Counted from the first letter of the stretch, positions 1-8,233 are shown. The stretch: 51,861 nt of DNA from an uncultured Candidatus Saccharibacteria bacterium (GCA_964413015.1 CAYPQZ010000009.1:1-51861); one strand, 5' to 3'. The notes: generated by a model not told the origin, from the sequence alone. Numbers and translations: made by a program.

Positions 1-91
1 TTTTGTAATGCCGGCCAAGCGCCCAGATCAACAAAGTCAGCAAAACTGGTATAGCTACGATAACAATAATTAAAACAATTTTGCTATCCAT
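1..91 (-). CDS. Partial gene (5' end only), membrane-anchored hypothetical protein
   Basis: Manual translation from ATG at 91: MDSKIVLIIVIVAIPVLLTLLIWALGRHYK, open to the window edge; hydrophobic N-terminal helix. Confidence 0.55.
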   Translation of the reverse strand, partial: MDSKIVLIIVIVAIPVLLTLLIWALGRHYK

Positions 92-193
92 GTTTTTAAT
101 TACAATCTTCACATAACATAAGTTATTGTATTCCCTCTTTGGAACTTTATCAAGCTTTTTCCGACAAAAATATGTGGATAATTCGCCAAAACC

Positions 194-254
194 AAAAACA
201 CCGCCCTATTAAAGCGGTGTTTCTGATTTATGGGTTGTAAAATTATAGCTGACA
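194..254. repeat. 61-bp intergenic element with hairpin, copy 1
   Basis: Ungapped match to 4451-4511 (47/61 identical by manual count); stem AAACACCGC...GCGGTGTTT. Confidence 0.7.
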
Positions 255-309
255 GATATGGATAAGAAGAAGATATGAACATTTTATGTTTTATTTGAGA
301 TGCCATTGT

Positions 310-1494
310 TCAAACAGCTTTGACAAAATGCCTTTTACCTTTTTGAATAATATCCCCTTTCTTAATAATTTTATCAAACGTTTCAATAATTTCTCCGTTA
401 ACTCGCACTCCTTTGTGTTGGATTAATCGACGCGCATCGCTTTTGCTTTTTGCTAAATTGCCTTTAACCAAAAAATCAACGATGATATTGGAAGACATTT
501 TTACGTTTTGCATGTCATCAGGAACATTTTTCTCCTGGATAACAGACACAAAATGATCCTTCCCTTTTTCGGCCCCTTTATTCCCCCAATAAATCTTTGT
601 AACCTCATAAGCCAATTCTATCTTTATATCGCGTGGATTAACTTTTTTTCCAGATAATTCTTTTTTGAATTCTTCAATTATTGCTATGGGAACTCGAGTG
701 CAATGTTCAAAATAAGGAATAATCATTTGATCCGTCATACTCATTACCTTACCAAACATTTCCTCCGGCGCATCTGAAAAATTAATCACATTACCCCAGC
801 TAGAACTCATTTTTCTGCCATCCAATCCGTCAATTAATATGTTAGTCATTATATCTTGTGGTTCTTGGTTATAAAAAACCTGCATTTCGCGTCCAGCCAG
901 AAGATTAAAACGCTGATCAGTGCCGCCCAATTCAACATCTGCTCTAACAGCTACAGAATCATATCCCTGCATCAACGGATACATTAATTCCCTTAATGAT
1001 ATCCTGTTTTCTTCCTTTAATCTCTGCTTAATATTCTTTCTAGCAATAAACTCAGCTAAAGAGAAAAGATCGGCCTGGCGGCAAATTTCTTTATAATCAA
1101 GTTTTTCCAGCCACTCTGAATTATATCTTACTTCGGTCTTGTCAATATCCAATATTTTGCCTACTTGATCAATGTAGGTTTTCATATTCGCCTTAACTTG
1201 TTTATCTGACAAAGCCGGTCTTTCTGAATGCTTATCGCTAGTATCGCCAATGGTGCCAGTGAAATCACCTACAATAAAAACTATTTGATGGCCTAATTCT
1301 TGAAAATCTTTTAATTTCAAAATGGGTATTGAACGCCCGATGTGCAAATGAGGACTAGTCGGATCAATACCAAGCTTAATTCGCAATTTCTTGCCTGACA
1401 ATAATTTCTTTTTTAAATGATTCAAATCAATAATTTCAAATATGCCGCGGGTCAATAATCTTTTTATTTTTTCGGGATCTTTATCGATTTTCAT
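310..1494 (-). CDS. tyrS: Tyrosine--tRNA ligase
   Basis: KLGIDPT, HIGR (HIGH-like), YPLMQGYD, GGTDQ, KMSSS and C-terminal S4-like domain. Confidence 0.97.
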   Translation of the reverse strand: MKIDKDPEKIKRLLTRGIFEIIDLNHLKKKLLSGKKLRIKLGIDPTSPHLHIGRSIPILKLKDFQELGHQIVFIVGDFTGTIGDTSDKHSERPALSDKQVKANMKTYIDQVGKILDIDKTEVRYNSEWLEKLDYKEICRQADLFSLAEFIARKNIKQRLKEENRISLRELMYPLMQGYDSVAVRADVELGGTDQRFNLLAGREMQVFYNQEPQDIMTNILIDGLDGRKMSSSWGNVINFSDAPEEMFGKVMSMTDQMIIPYFEHCTRVPIAIIEEFKKELSGKKVNPRDIKIELAYEVTKIYWGNKGAEKGKDHFVSVIQEKNVPDDMQNVKMSSNIIVDFLVKGNLAKSKSDARRLIQHKGVRVNGEIIETFDKIIKKGDIIQKGKRHFVKAV

Positions 1495-1514
1495 TTTATA
1501 ATTTCTTAAGTCAA

Positions 1515-2216
1515 TTACTTAAAATAATTTTGTTTATTAGTAATAATTTCCTTCAAAAATTTTTCAAAGTTTTTATCTTTATTCCATAATTTTTCTAATT
1601 TGCTTCGTATTTTTTCATGCGTAGGATAACCTTGGTCCTCTGTTAATAACAACTTCCCAAATTCTACATTTAGTAAAAACGTTAAAGCTTCTTTCAGCAT
1701 ATCTGTTTCTTTTTCGTTTAAATATGCTAAGCAAGTTTTTTTATAATAATATAAAAATTGCAAATGTAGTATTTCATGAGCAATTGTAGCAATACTGCTT
1801 GAAAGCGAATGCCATATTGAAATAAAGAAAGAATTATCTTTTTCACTATAAGGACACATAAAACCAGTGGTTATATAACATCTAAAATTACTAACATATA
1901 TTGGTTTTTGGGTGATTTTTTCCAATTTTTGAAAATATTTTAATTCAATATTTCCCCAGAGATCATTAATACTGTTTATTGTTTTATTTATTAAATCTTT
2001 CCGCAGTTTTTTCTTTGAATGATTTTTCAAATGTTTAATAATCAAATTAATCGCTTTTTCTTTAGAATTTTTTTGTATCAATTTTAAAAGATCATCAGGT
2101 ATAAAATCAACCTGCTTATTATAGCTAACTCCATAAAAATCGTTTCTGTCTTGAGCGATTTCAACCCAGCTTTTTGCATCTTTTTCTAAATTGTAATTAA
2201 AACTAACTTTAGCCAT
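1515..2216 (-). CDS. Hypothetical protein with HExxH zincin-like motif
   Basis: 233-aa ORF; IAHEILH followed about 20 aa later by LKEALT. Confidence 0.7.
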   Translation of the reverse strand: MAKVSFNYNLEKDAKSWVEIAQDRNDFYGVSYNKQVDFIPDDLLKLIQKNSKEKAINLIIKHLKNHSKKKLRKDLINKTINSINDLWGNIELKYFQKLEKITQKPIYVSNFRCYITTGFMCPYSEKDNSFFISIWHSLSSSIATIAHEILHLQFLYYYKKTCLAYLNEKETDMLKEALTFLLNVEFGKLLLTEDQGYPTHEKIRSKLEKLWNKDKNFEKFLKEIITNKQNYFK

Positions 2217-2237
2217 ATTTACCTAATTTCATCTATC

Positions 2238-2266
2238 AGTATATACCATTTGATTAAAAATGTTAA
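2238..2266 (-). promoter_or_regulatory. Putative sigma70 promoter for the HExxH gene (possibly also tyrS)
   Basis: Minus strand TTAACA-N17-TATACT upstream of ATG 2216. Confidence 0.5.
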
Positions 2267-2293
2267 GTGGCCCGTTTTAAATAACAGGCCACT
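2266..2293 (-). terminator. Hairpin at the 3' end of the radical SAM gene
   Basis: Minus strand AGTGGCCTGTT-atttaa-AACGGGCCACT, 11-bp stem with one G-U pair, followed by taacattttt. Confidence 0.55.
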
Positions 2294-3549
2294 CATTTTT
2301 TATAAGTTTTTTCATACAAATCCCATATCAGCCATTCTAAAGTATAAAGAGAATGAAAACAAAATGTGTCATCGATTTCGCGGATACTGCCATTTCTTAC
2401 AAAAGCATTGAATCCACAACCACCTCCACAAATTCCAATGGCTGGACACTGTTGGCATTTTTCCATATTTAAAGGAATCCTTTTATTCCATTCTTTCCAA
2501 AATGGATGTCGAAATGGATCAAAATCTGAAGTCATCTCAACAAAGTAATTCCCCGTTCCATAGAAACTGTGACAAATTCCGATTTTACCATTTGGACCAA
2601 CGGTTATTTGTCTGCCACAAGCAGAACAATCACGGTCATAGAAATACTGTTGAGTAAACGCATTAACCTTTCGCATAATACGGTCTTCCATTATTCCTTT
2701 TTCTCTACCAATTTTGAAACATTCAATCATTCCTTTCGCCACCTTAGAATAATAATCAGAATTATTAACACTAAATTTCTTACTGTCTAATAAAGGGTTG
2801 AAGCCCATTATGGTTATATCAAGATTATCAATAAACCATTGAAATATTTCAGGCATTTTATTGGCTGTTTCTTCTGTAATAGTGCAAGAAACTCCTACAT
2901 TTACGCCATAATCCTGAAGCATTTTTAGAGCTTTAACAGCTTTATCAAAAGTTCCCTCGCCAGAACAAGTTTTTCTATATTTATTGTGTAATTCACGAGG
3001 ACCATCTATTGACACGCCAACTTCTACTTCATTGTCAACTAAAACTCTGGCTATTTTAGAAGTCATTAGAGTCCCGTTAGTAACTAATGAAGTTCGTAAA
3101 GTTTCAGGGAGTTTGCCACTTGCCTTCAAGGCGTTAAGATAGTCTAACGACTGAATCAAAACATCAGAATTCAATAACGGTTCACCGCCATAGAAATTAA
3201 CCATTTTAATTTTATCCCAATTCGGATTATACTTTTCTATACAACGTACAAATAAATCAATTGCCATTTTAGCTGTTTGTAAAGACATTGGATTAACTAA
3301 AGGTCTTTTGTCAAACCCGCCTTCAAAAAAACAATAGCTACAAGACATATTACATCCCTCTGTCAAAATCAAATAAAGAATATTAATAATTTCTGTTGCA
3401 TTTAATCGGTCCCTCATTTTTTGAAGCTTAATGCTATCTTCTGTCTCGTCTGGTTGATAAGTCAAATCGTTAGTAAAAATTACTTTGTGGTCTAAAACAC
3501 TATACCATGCAAACACGCCATTTCTTTTAAATCTATGCCATGCTTTCAT
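2293..3549 (-). CDS. Radical SAM/SPASM-domain protein, putative peptide maturase (418 aa, start corrected to ATG 3549)
   Basis: CNMSCSYC (CxxxCxxC), FYGGEPLLN, SIDG..HNKYR; SPASM cysteines CSAC...ICH and CQQCPAIGICGGGC...FC; SD AAGGAGGA just before ATG 3549. Confidence 0.93.
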   Translation of the reverse strand: MKAWHRFKRNGVFAWYSVLDHKVIFTNDLTYQPDETEDSIKLQKMRDRLNATEIINILYLILTEGCNMSCSYCFFEGGFDKRPLVNPMSLQTAKMAIDLFVRCIEKYNPNWDKIKMVNFYGGEPLLNSDVLIQSLDYLNALKASGKLPETLRTSLVTNGTLMTSKIARVLVDNEVEVGVSIDGPRELHNKYRKTCSGEGTFDKAVKALKMLQDYGVNVGVSCTITEETANKMPEIFQWFIDNLDITIMGFNPLLDSKKFSVNNSDYYSKVAKGMIECFKIGREKGIMEDRIMRKVNAFTQQYFYDRDCSACGRQITVGPNGKIGICHSFYGTGNYFVEMTSDFDPFRHPFWKEWNKRIPLNMEKCQQCPAIGICGGGCGFNAFVRNGSIREIDDTFCFHSLYTLEWLIWDLYEKTYKK

Positions 3550-3577
3550 TGTTTTATCCTCCTTGTCAAAAAAATAT

Positions 3578-3600
3578 GGGGAGAATATTTTATCCTCCCC
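3578..3600 (-). terminator. Stem-loop plus U tract between the precursor peptide gene and the maturase gene
   Basis: Minus strand GGGGAGGATA-aaa-TATTCTCCCC followed by atattttttt. Confidence 0.6.
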
Positions 3601-3619
3601 AAAGATCTGGACGATTTCC

Positions 3620-3754
3620 CTATTTACACCGCGAGCCACTAGAACAGCTATCAGCACAAGGACCGCATTTACACTGCCATGACTGTTGGGCAGGGATATT
3701 CTTAAGAATTTTCTGACGAGCAACGGAAGTCGCTAAAAAAGTTTTTTTTGCCAT
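3620..3754 (-). CDS. Cys-rich putative RiPP precursor peptide, 44 aa: MAKKTFLATSVARQKILKNIPAQQSWQCKCGPCADSCSSGSRCK
   Basis: Not in the ORF track; manual translation ATG 3754 to TAG 3620; SD AGGAGGT 9 nt upstream; Cys-free basic leader and C-terminal core with 5 Cys; immediately upstream of the rSAM/SPASM gene. Confidence 0.85.
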   Translation of the reverse strand: MAKKTFLATSVARQKILKNIPAQQSWQCKCGPCADSCSSGSRCK

Positions 3755-3857
3755 TTCCTTCACACCTCCTTCCTTTCAGAATTTATTTCGCTATTTATAT
3801 TTCAAAGAGCAGTTTAGGATTTAGTCTAAAACCCCCCTAAATTTCATTTATATTTTC

Positions 3858-3885
3858 ATAATAACTATTTAATAGATTTTGTCAA
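3858..3885 (-). promoter_or_regulatory. Putative sigma70 promoter of the peptide-rSAM operon
   Basis: Minus strand TTGACA-N16-TATTAT about 100 nt upstream of ATG 3754. Confidence 0.5.
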
Positions 3886-4050
3886 TAGTGGCAGGCAATG
3901 TACATAAATATATAACGGTTTTCTAGAAACACCTGCCATGGCATAAACATAAGCACGACATCCTCTGCATACCATTTTATCTTTACAATTCATACATTTG
4001 CCATTTAGTTTATCACGGTTTCTAAAATCTATCATTTTTCTACTTTTCAT
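3865..4050 (-). pseudogene. C-terminal SPASM-domain fragment of a second radical SAM gene
   Basis: RDKLNGKCMNCKDKMVCRGCRAYVYAMAG matches the Cx2Cx5Cx2CRA pattern of NirJ/AhbD/PqqE-type SPASM tails; no rSAM core upstream. Confidence 0.6.
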
Positions 4051-4054
4051 TATA

Positions 4055-4372
4055 TTAGACAAGCTTGTTAAAAGGCCGGCTAGTAAGTTTAATAATTTCT
4101 TCAAAATTATCTTTGGGAGCAGACTTAACCCGGTGCTTAAAGCCACACTTGGCGCAACGGTAATAAACAGTATAGCCGTTGCTCTTGAATTCAGCGCCGA
4201 TTGGCTCCATCAAACCACCGCATCTAGACTTTCTATCGCCCGGATTTATATCAACGTGTTTAGACCATAGACATTCAGGGCAATGGTCAGTATAACCATT
4301 TCCCTTTACTTCATTGCCACACTTTTCACAGATAAAATCTTCTACACGTTTCTGAAATCTTTTTTCCTGCAT
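4055..4372 (-). CDS. RNHCP-domain zinc-finger protein
   Basis: FICEKCG, YTDHCPECLWSKHVD..PGDR..CGGLMEP and CAKCG, typical of the RNHCP family. Confidence 0.85.
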   Translation of the reverse strand: MQEKRFQKRVEDFICEKCGNEVKGNGYTDHCPECLWSKHVDINPGDRKSRCGGLMEPIGAEFKSNGYTVYYRCAKCGFKHRVKSAPKDNFEEIIKLTSRPFNKLV

Positions 4373-4412
4373 AAATTATCGCTTCATTATTGCCTTCGAC
4401 TTCTTTATTTAT

Positions 4413-4441
4413 ATATTAATACAAAATTATAATTTTGTCAA
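4413..4441 (-). promoter_or_regulatory. Putative promoter of the RNHCP gene with a perfect 18-bp palindrome (4421-4438)
   Basis: Minus strand TTGACA-N17-TAATAT; ACAAAATTATAATTTTGT is self-complementary. Confidence 0.55.
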
Positions 4442-4450
4442 AGAAACCTT

Positions 4451-4511
4451 AAAAACGTCGTTTTACTAAAACGGTGTTTCTGGGTTATGAGTTGTAAAAC
4501 AACAGTTGACA
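4451..4511. repeat. 61-bp intergenic element with hairpin, copy 2
   Basis: Ungapped match to 194-254. Confidence 0.7.
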
Positions 4512-4668
4512 TTAAAAATGCTTTAGGGCTTTAAATGCCGTCGGGCTTCCCGGTGTTTTAATCTTGTCCGGTTTTGTTCTCTTCCACGATATCTAGGGAA
4601 TTATTTACTTTTTTGTTTTAGGATTAATATTGATTTTTAGGGAAGAATAAGTTATATTTATTAAGCGT

Positions 4669-5403
4669 ATGAAAGAAATAGATATTTTGCCTTTAGAATT
4701 AAGGAAATTAGGCCTGACTGAAAAAGAAGTTCAGGTCTATTTATCTGCCTTGAAATTGGGCTATTCTTCGGTTCAGAAAATTGCCCAGGACGCCAAAATA
4801 AGCCGGCCAACCGCTTATGAAATAATAAAGTCCTTGAGCAAAAAGGACTTGATTATTGAATCCAAGGGGGAAAACCGCCGATATTTCACCGCCCAGTCGC
4901 CAGACGCGCTTTTGGGAATTTTAAAAAGGCAAAAAAAGGAACTGGACGAGAAAGAAAGAGAATTTATCCGAATTGTCGCCGCCTTGCGGAATAAATACCA
5001 TTTAGGCGACAAAAGGAAAATAAAGTTTTATAAAGATAAAAAAGGCCTGGAAATTTTAATGGATGATTTTCTGACAACCCAGAATAAAAAAATCCACGTT
5101 TTAATCAGTAATGAAAAAATCTGGCCCCATAAAAAAAGATTAGAGGCCTATCGTAAAATTAAAAGCCGGCTGGGGAAAATAGAAATCAAGGAAATTTGTT
5201 CAAAAAAATATTCCTCTGTTAAAGCTGACGATTATTTAGAGAAAAAAATATTCAAACAAAATTTGTTTGAATTTTCAGGAAACGTTATTATTTACAATAA
5301 GGTGGTTATTTTAGCCGAACAGTCCATCGGCATCTCCATTGAAGACAAAATTATTTACAACCTGATTAAATCATTCTTTATTTACATCTGGAAAAACTGC
5401 TAA
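4669..5403 (+). CDS. TrmB-family transcriptional regulator
   Basis: N-terminal wHTH LGLTEKEVQVYLSALKLG...IA..AKISRPTAYEIIKSL followed by a coiled coil. Confidence 0.88.
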   Translation: MKEIDILPLELRKLGLTEKEVQVYLSALKLGYSSVQKIAQDAKISRPTAYEIIKSLSKKDLIIESKGENRRYFTAQSPDALLGILKRQKKELDEKEREFIRIVAALRNKYHLGDKRKIKFYKDKKGLEILMDDFLTTQNKKIHVLISNEKIWPHKKRLEAYRKIKSRLGKIEIKEICSKKYSSVKADDYLEKKIFKQNLFEFSGNVIIYNKVVILAEQSIGISIEDKIIYNLIKSFFIYIWKNC

Positions 5404-6833
5404 ACCATCTTTAATAGCTTGGCTTGGCCGCCCTGTTGAGTGTCATCAATCACAATTCCCTTTTCAGCTAATTCCTTTCTTAGCTGGTCCGCTTTTTGGT
5501 AATCCTGATTATTTCTTGCTTCAGCCCGTTGGCTAAGCATTTTTTTTATGGCTGGACGGCTAACCAATCCAGACAGTTCCTTTTGATAACTTTTGTAAAG
5601 CGCCTCAATAAATCCCAAAACAGAATCAACTTCCAGAAGATATTTCTTAATTTCCTGCGCCTGTTTAAGATTAAGCTGAGGCATTACTTTGTTAATTTGA
5701 TTAACAAAATTGAAAAGCGAAGCCAACCCCAAACTTATATTCAAATCGTCATCCATTGATTTTTTAAAATCGTTCCGGCTTTTTAATATTTCTCCCTTAA
5801 TATCAAACTTGTTTTTACTTTTGTTTTTAATTGCTTCAAGATTGATTAAAAAGTCAAGCAGTTTTACCGCCGCTGATTCCGCTTCTTTAAAATCCTCCGG
5901 AGAAAAATTAAGAATCTTACGATAATGAGTCTTCAACAAAATAAATCTCATTAACAAAAGATTGTATCCTTTGTCTGCAAGATCCCTTAAGGTATAAAAA
6001 TTGCCCAGCGACTTGCTCATTTTTTTACCCTGAACCAAAAGATGTTCGTTATGCATCCAGTAATTAACGAATTTCTTTTTGGTGGCCGCCTCTGATTGGG
6101 CAATTTCATTGGTGTGGTGGGGAAAAATTAAATCAACTCCGCCAGTATGGATATCAAAATTTTCACCCAAATATTTCATTGACATAGCCGAACATTCTAT
6201 GTGCCAGCCAGGATGTCCTTTGCCAATTTCCGTGTCCCAAAAAACTTTACCGTGTTCCGGACGCCAAGCTTTCCATAAAGCGAAATCGTTAATTTGCTCT
6301 TTCTCATACTCATCCGAAATATTTAAACGCCCGTCGGCGTTATGTTTAAGGTCCTGTTTATCTAATTGAGCCAATTTTCCATAACCAGTAAATTTTGAAA
6401 TATCAAAATATACTGATTGGTCAGAAGTATAGCAATATCCATTTTTGTCTATTTTTTTAACAAGAGCGACTATTTCAGAAATGTGTTCGGTTGCTTTAGG
6501 CAAAATATCCGGCATCTGGATATTCAACGAATTAATATCTTCAATAAAGGCCTTTAAATAATAATTAGTGAATTCTTTCAGTGTCTGTTTAGCCTGCTGG
6601 CTATCCCTGATTGTTTTATCATCAACGTCGGTAATATTCATGACGTGCTTAACTTTAAACCCGCTGTATTTTAAATAGCGCTTTAATAAATCAGCAAAAA
6701 TATATGATCTGAAATTGCCAATATGGGCAAAATTATAAACTGTCGGCCCGCAAGTATACAGGCCAACTTGTCCTTTTTTAATAGGCTTAAACGTTTGAAC
6801 TTTTCTGGTTAAAGTATTAAAGACTTTAAGCAT
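5400..6833 (-). CDS. cysS: Cysteine--tRNA ligase
   Basis: YTCGPTVY, HIGN, NITDVDDK, DFALWK, PGWHIECSAMS, KMSKSLGN. Confidence 0.98.
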   Translation of the reverse strand: MLKVFNTLTRKVQTFKPIKKGQVGLYTCGPTVYNFAHIGNFRSYIFADLLKRYLKYSGFKVKHVMNITDVDDKTIRDSQQAKQTLKEFTNYYLKAFIEDINSLNIQMPDILPKATEHISEIVALVKKIDKNGYCYTSDQSVYFDISKFTGYGKLAQLDKQDLKHNADGRLNISDEYEKEQINDFALWKAWRPEHGKVFWDTEIGKGHPGWHIECSAMSMKYLGENFDIHTGGVDLIFPHHTNEIAQSEAATKKKFVNYWMHNEHLLVQGKKMSKSLGNFYTLRDLADKGYNLLLMRFILLKTHYRKILNFSPEDFKEAESAAVKLLDFLINLEAIKNKSKNKFDIKGEILKSRNDFKKSMDDDLNISLGLASLFNFVNQINKVMPQLNLKQAQEIKKYLLEVDSVLGFIEALYKSYQKELSGLVSRPAIKKMLSQRAEARNNQDYQKADQLRKELAEKGIVIDDTQQGGQAKLLKMV

Positions 6834-6845
6834 ATTTTTATCATA

Positions 6846-8030
6846 TCAGCTTTTTAAGGGTTTTTCAATTCTAATTCCCTGTCTGATTTTCCCCATTAAT
6901 TGATTCATAAACCGAAGATTATGAAAAGTGGCCAAACGCAAACCTAAAATTTCCTTAGTTCTGAAAAGATGATGCAAATAAGCCCGGCTGAAATTCTGAC
7001 AGACAGAGCAAGAACAATTTTTCATAATTGGCCGTTTGTCTTTCTGATAACAAGCGTTTAAAATGTTCAGTTCTTTTTTAGGAGTTAGAAAAATGCCATG
7101 GCGCGCCAACCGGGTTGGATAAACGCAGTCGAAAAGATCCACTCCTTTGGCAACTGATTTAACTAAATCGTCAGGATGGCCGATGCCTAAAAGATGGCGC
7201 GGCTTTTGCTCAGGCATTTCTGGAATAACCCAATCCAGAATCTGATACATATCTTTTTTAGTTTTACCTAAAGAACCGCCGATAGCTAGGCCTTCAAAAG
7301 GCAGTTGGCTGATGAACCGAGTGCTCTCTAAACGCAAATCTTTCCATTGCCCGCCCTGAATAATGCCAAAAAGCGCCTGCTCCGGTCGCCGAAGCTTTAG
7401 CGAAGACGGCCTTTTTTTACTATGTTCTTCTAAGCAAATTTCCGCCCAATTATGAGTCCGCTCCATTGATTCTTTGGTGTAGTTATACCCTGACAAAGGA
7501 GAGGTGCATTCATCAAAAGTGAAAATAATATCCGCTCCTAAAGCTTCTTGAATTTGGATTGATTTTTGGGGAGTTAAATAATGTTTGGAACCATCTAAAT
7601 GCGAGACAAATTCTACGCCTTTCTGATTAACCTTAAACAACTTGGTTCTGACCGGTTTATCCGGCTTATTGCTATTCCCCGGGAAAAAACCTGATAATTT
7701 GCCGACTCCATGCTCTAAGCCATATCCTAAACTAAAAACTTGGAAACCGCCGCTATCAGTAGCTATAGGGCCGGACCAATTCATAAATTTGTGCAGTCCG
7801 CCCATTTTTTCAATAACCTGATGTCCGGGCCTTAAGTAAAGATGGTAAGTATTGCTTAAAACAGCTTCAAAGCCGATTTCCTTAATTTCTTCCGGCGACA
7901 AACATTTGACGGTTGCCCGGGTAGCTACTGGATAAAAAGCCGGCGTATGGATTACTCCATGCGGCGTCTGAATAAGCCCCAAACGTGCTTTTGACTGTTT
8001 ACTTTTTTTGAGAATTTTGAAGAAAGACAT
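6846..8030 (-). CDS. tgt: tRNA-guanine transglycosylase
   Basis: NTYHL, TDSGGFQVFSL, FGIIQGG, PRHLLGIG, DLFDCV, CxCxxC zinc site. Confidence 0.97.
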   Translation of the reverse strand: MSFFKILKKSKQSKARLGLIQTPHGVIHTPAFYPVATRATVKCLSPEEIKEIGFEAVLSNTYHLYLRPGHQVIEKMGGLHKFMNWSGPIATDSGGFQVFSLGYGLEHGVGKLSGFFPGNSNKPDKPVRTKLFKVNQKGVEFVSHLDGSKHYLTPQKSIQIQEALGADIIFTFDECTSPLSGYNYTKESMERTHNWAEICLEEHSKKRPSSLKLRRPEQALFGIIQGGQWKDLRLESTRFISQLPFEGLAIGGSLGKTKKDMYQILDWVIPEMPEQKPRHLLGIGHPDDLVKSVAKGVDLFDCVYPTRLARHGIFLTPKKELNILNACYQKDKRPIMKNCSCSVCQNFSRAYLHHLFRTKEILGLRLATFHNLRFMNQLMGKIRQGIRIEKPLKS

Positions 8031-8041
8031 ATTTATTCTTC

Positions 8042-8233
8042 AAGGATAACCCTTAAAAATTTAAGGATTGTCATTGAGGATCACGTCCCTTTGCTGAAGG
8101 CAAAGGGCGTGTCCGCTTGTCCGCCTCTGGAGGGAAAGGACGACTCCTTAAATTTTAATAAGCTTCCATGATAAGAACAGTCTTTAAAATGACGCCCTTG
8201 TGCTCAAGGGACATCATTTTAAGGATTGTCCTT
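8042..8233. repeat. Composite REP/REPIN-like element (modules A+B), copy 1
   Basis: 8057-8233 matches 37068-37244 (177 nt, 9 mismatches by manual count); nested hairpins; overlaps the stop codon of the TrmH-family gene. Confidence 0.9.

Noticed and set aside
109-306. 65-aa ORF downstream of tyrS
   Set aside because: It overlaps the 61-bp hairpin element, has no recognisable motif and is likely spurious
3550-3723. 58-aa N-terminal extension of the radical SAM ORF in the track
   Set aside because: It overlaps the precursor peptide in another frame and a hairpin; a strong SD precedes ATG 3549
6834-6845. T-box leaders upstream of the aminoacyl-tRNA synthetase genes (cysS, tyrS, proS, alaS)
   Set aside because: Upstream gaps are only 4-20 nt, leaving no room
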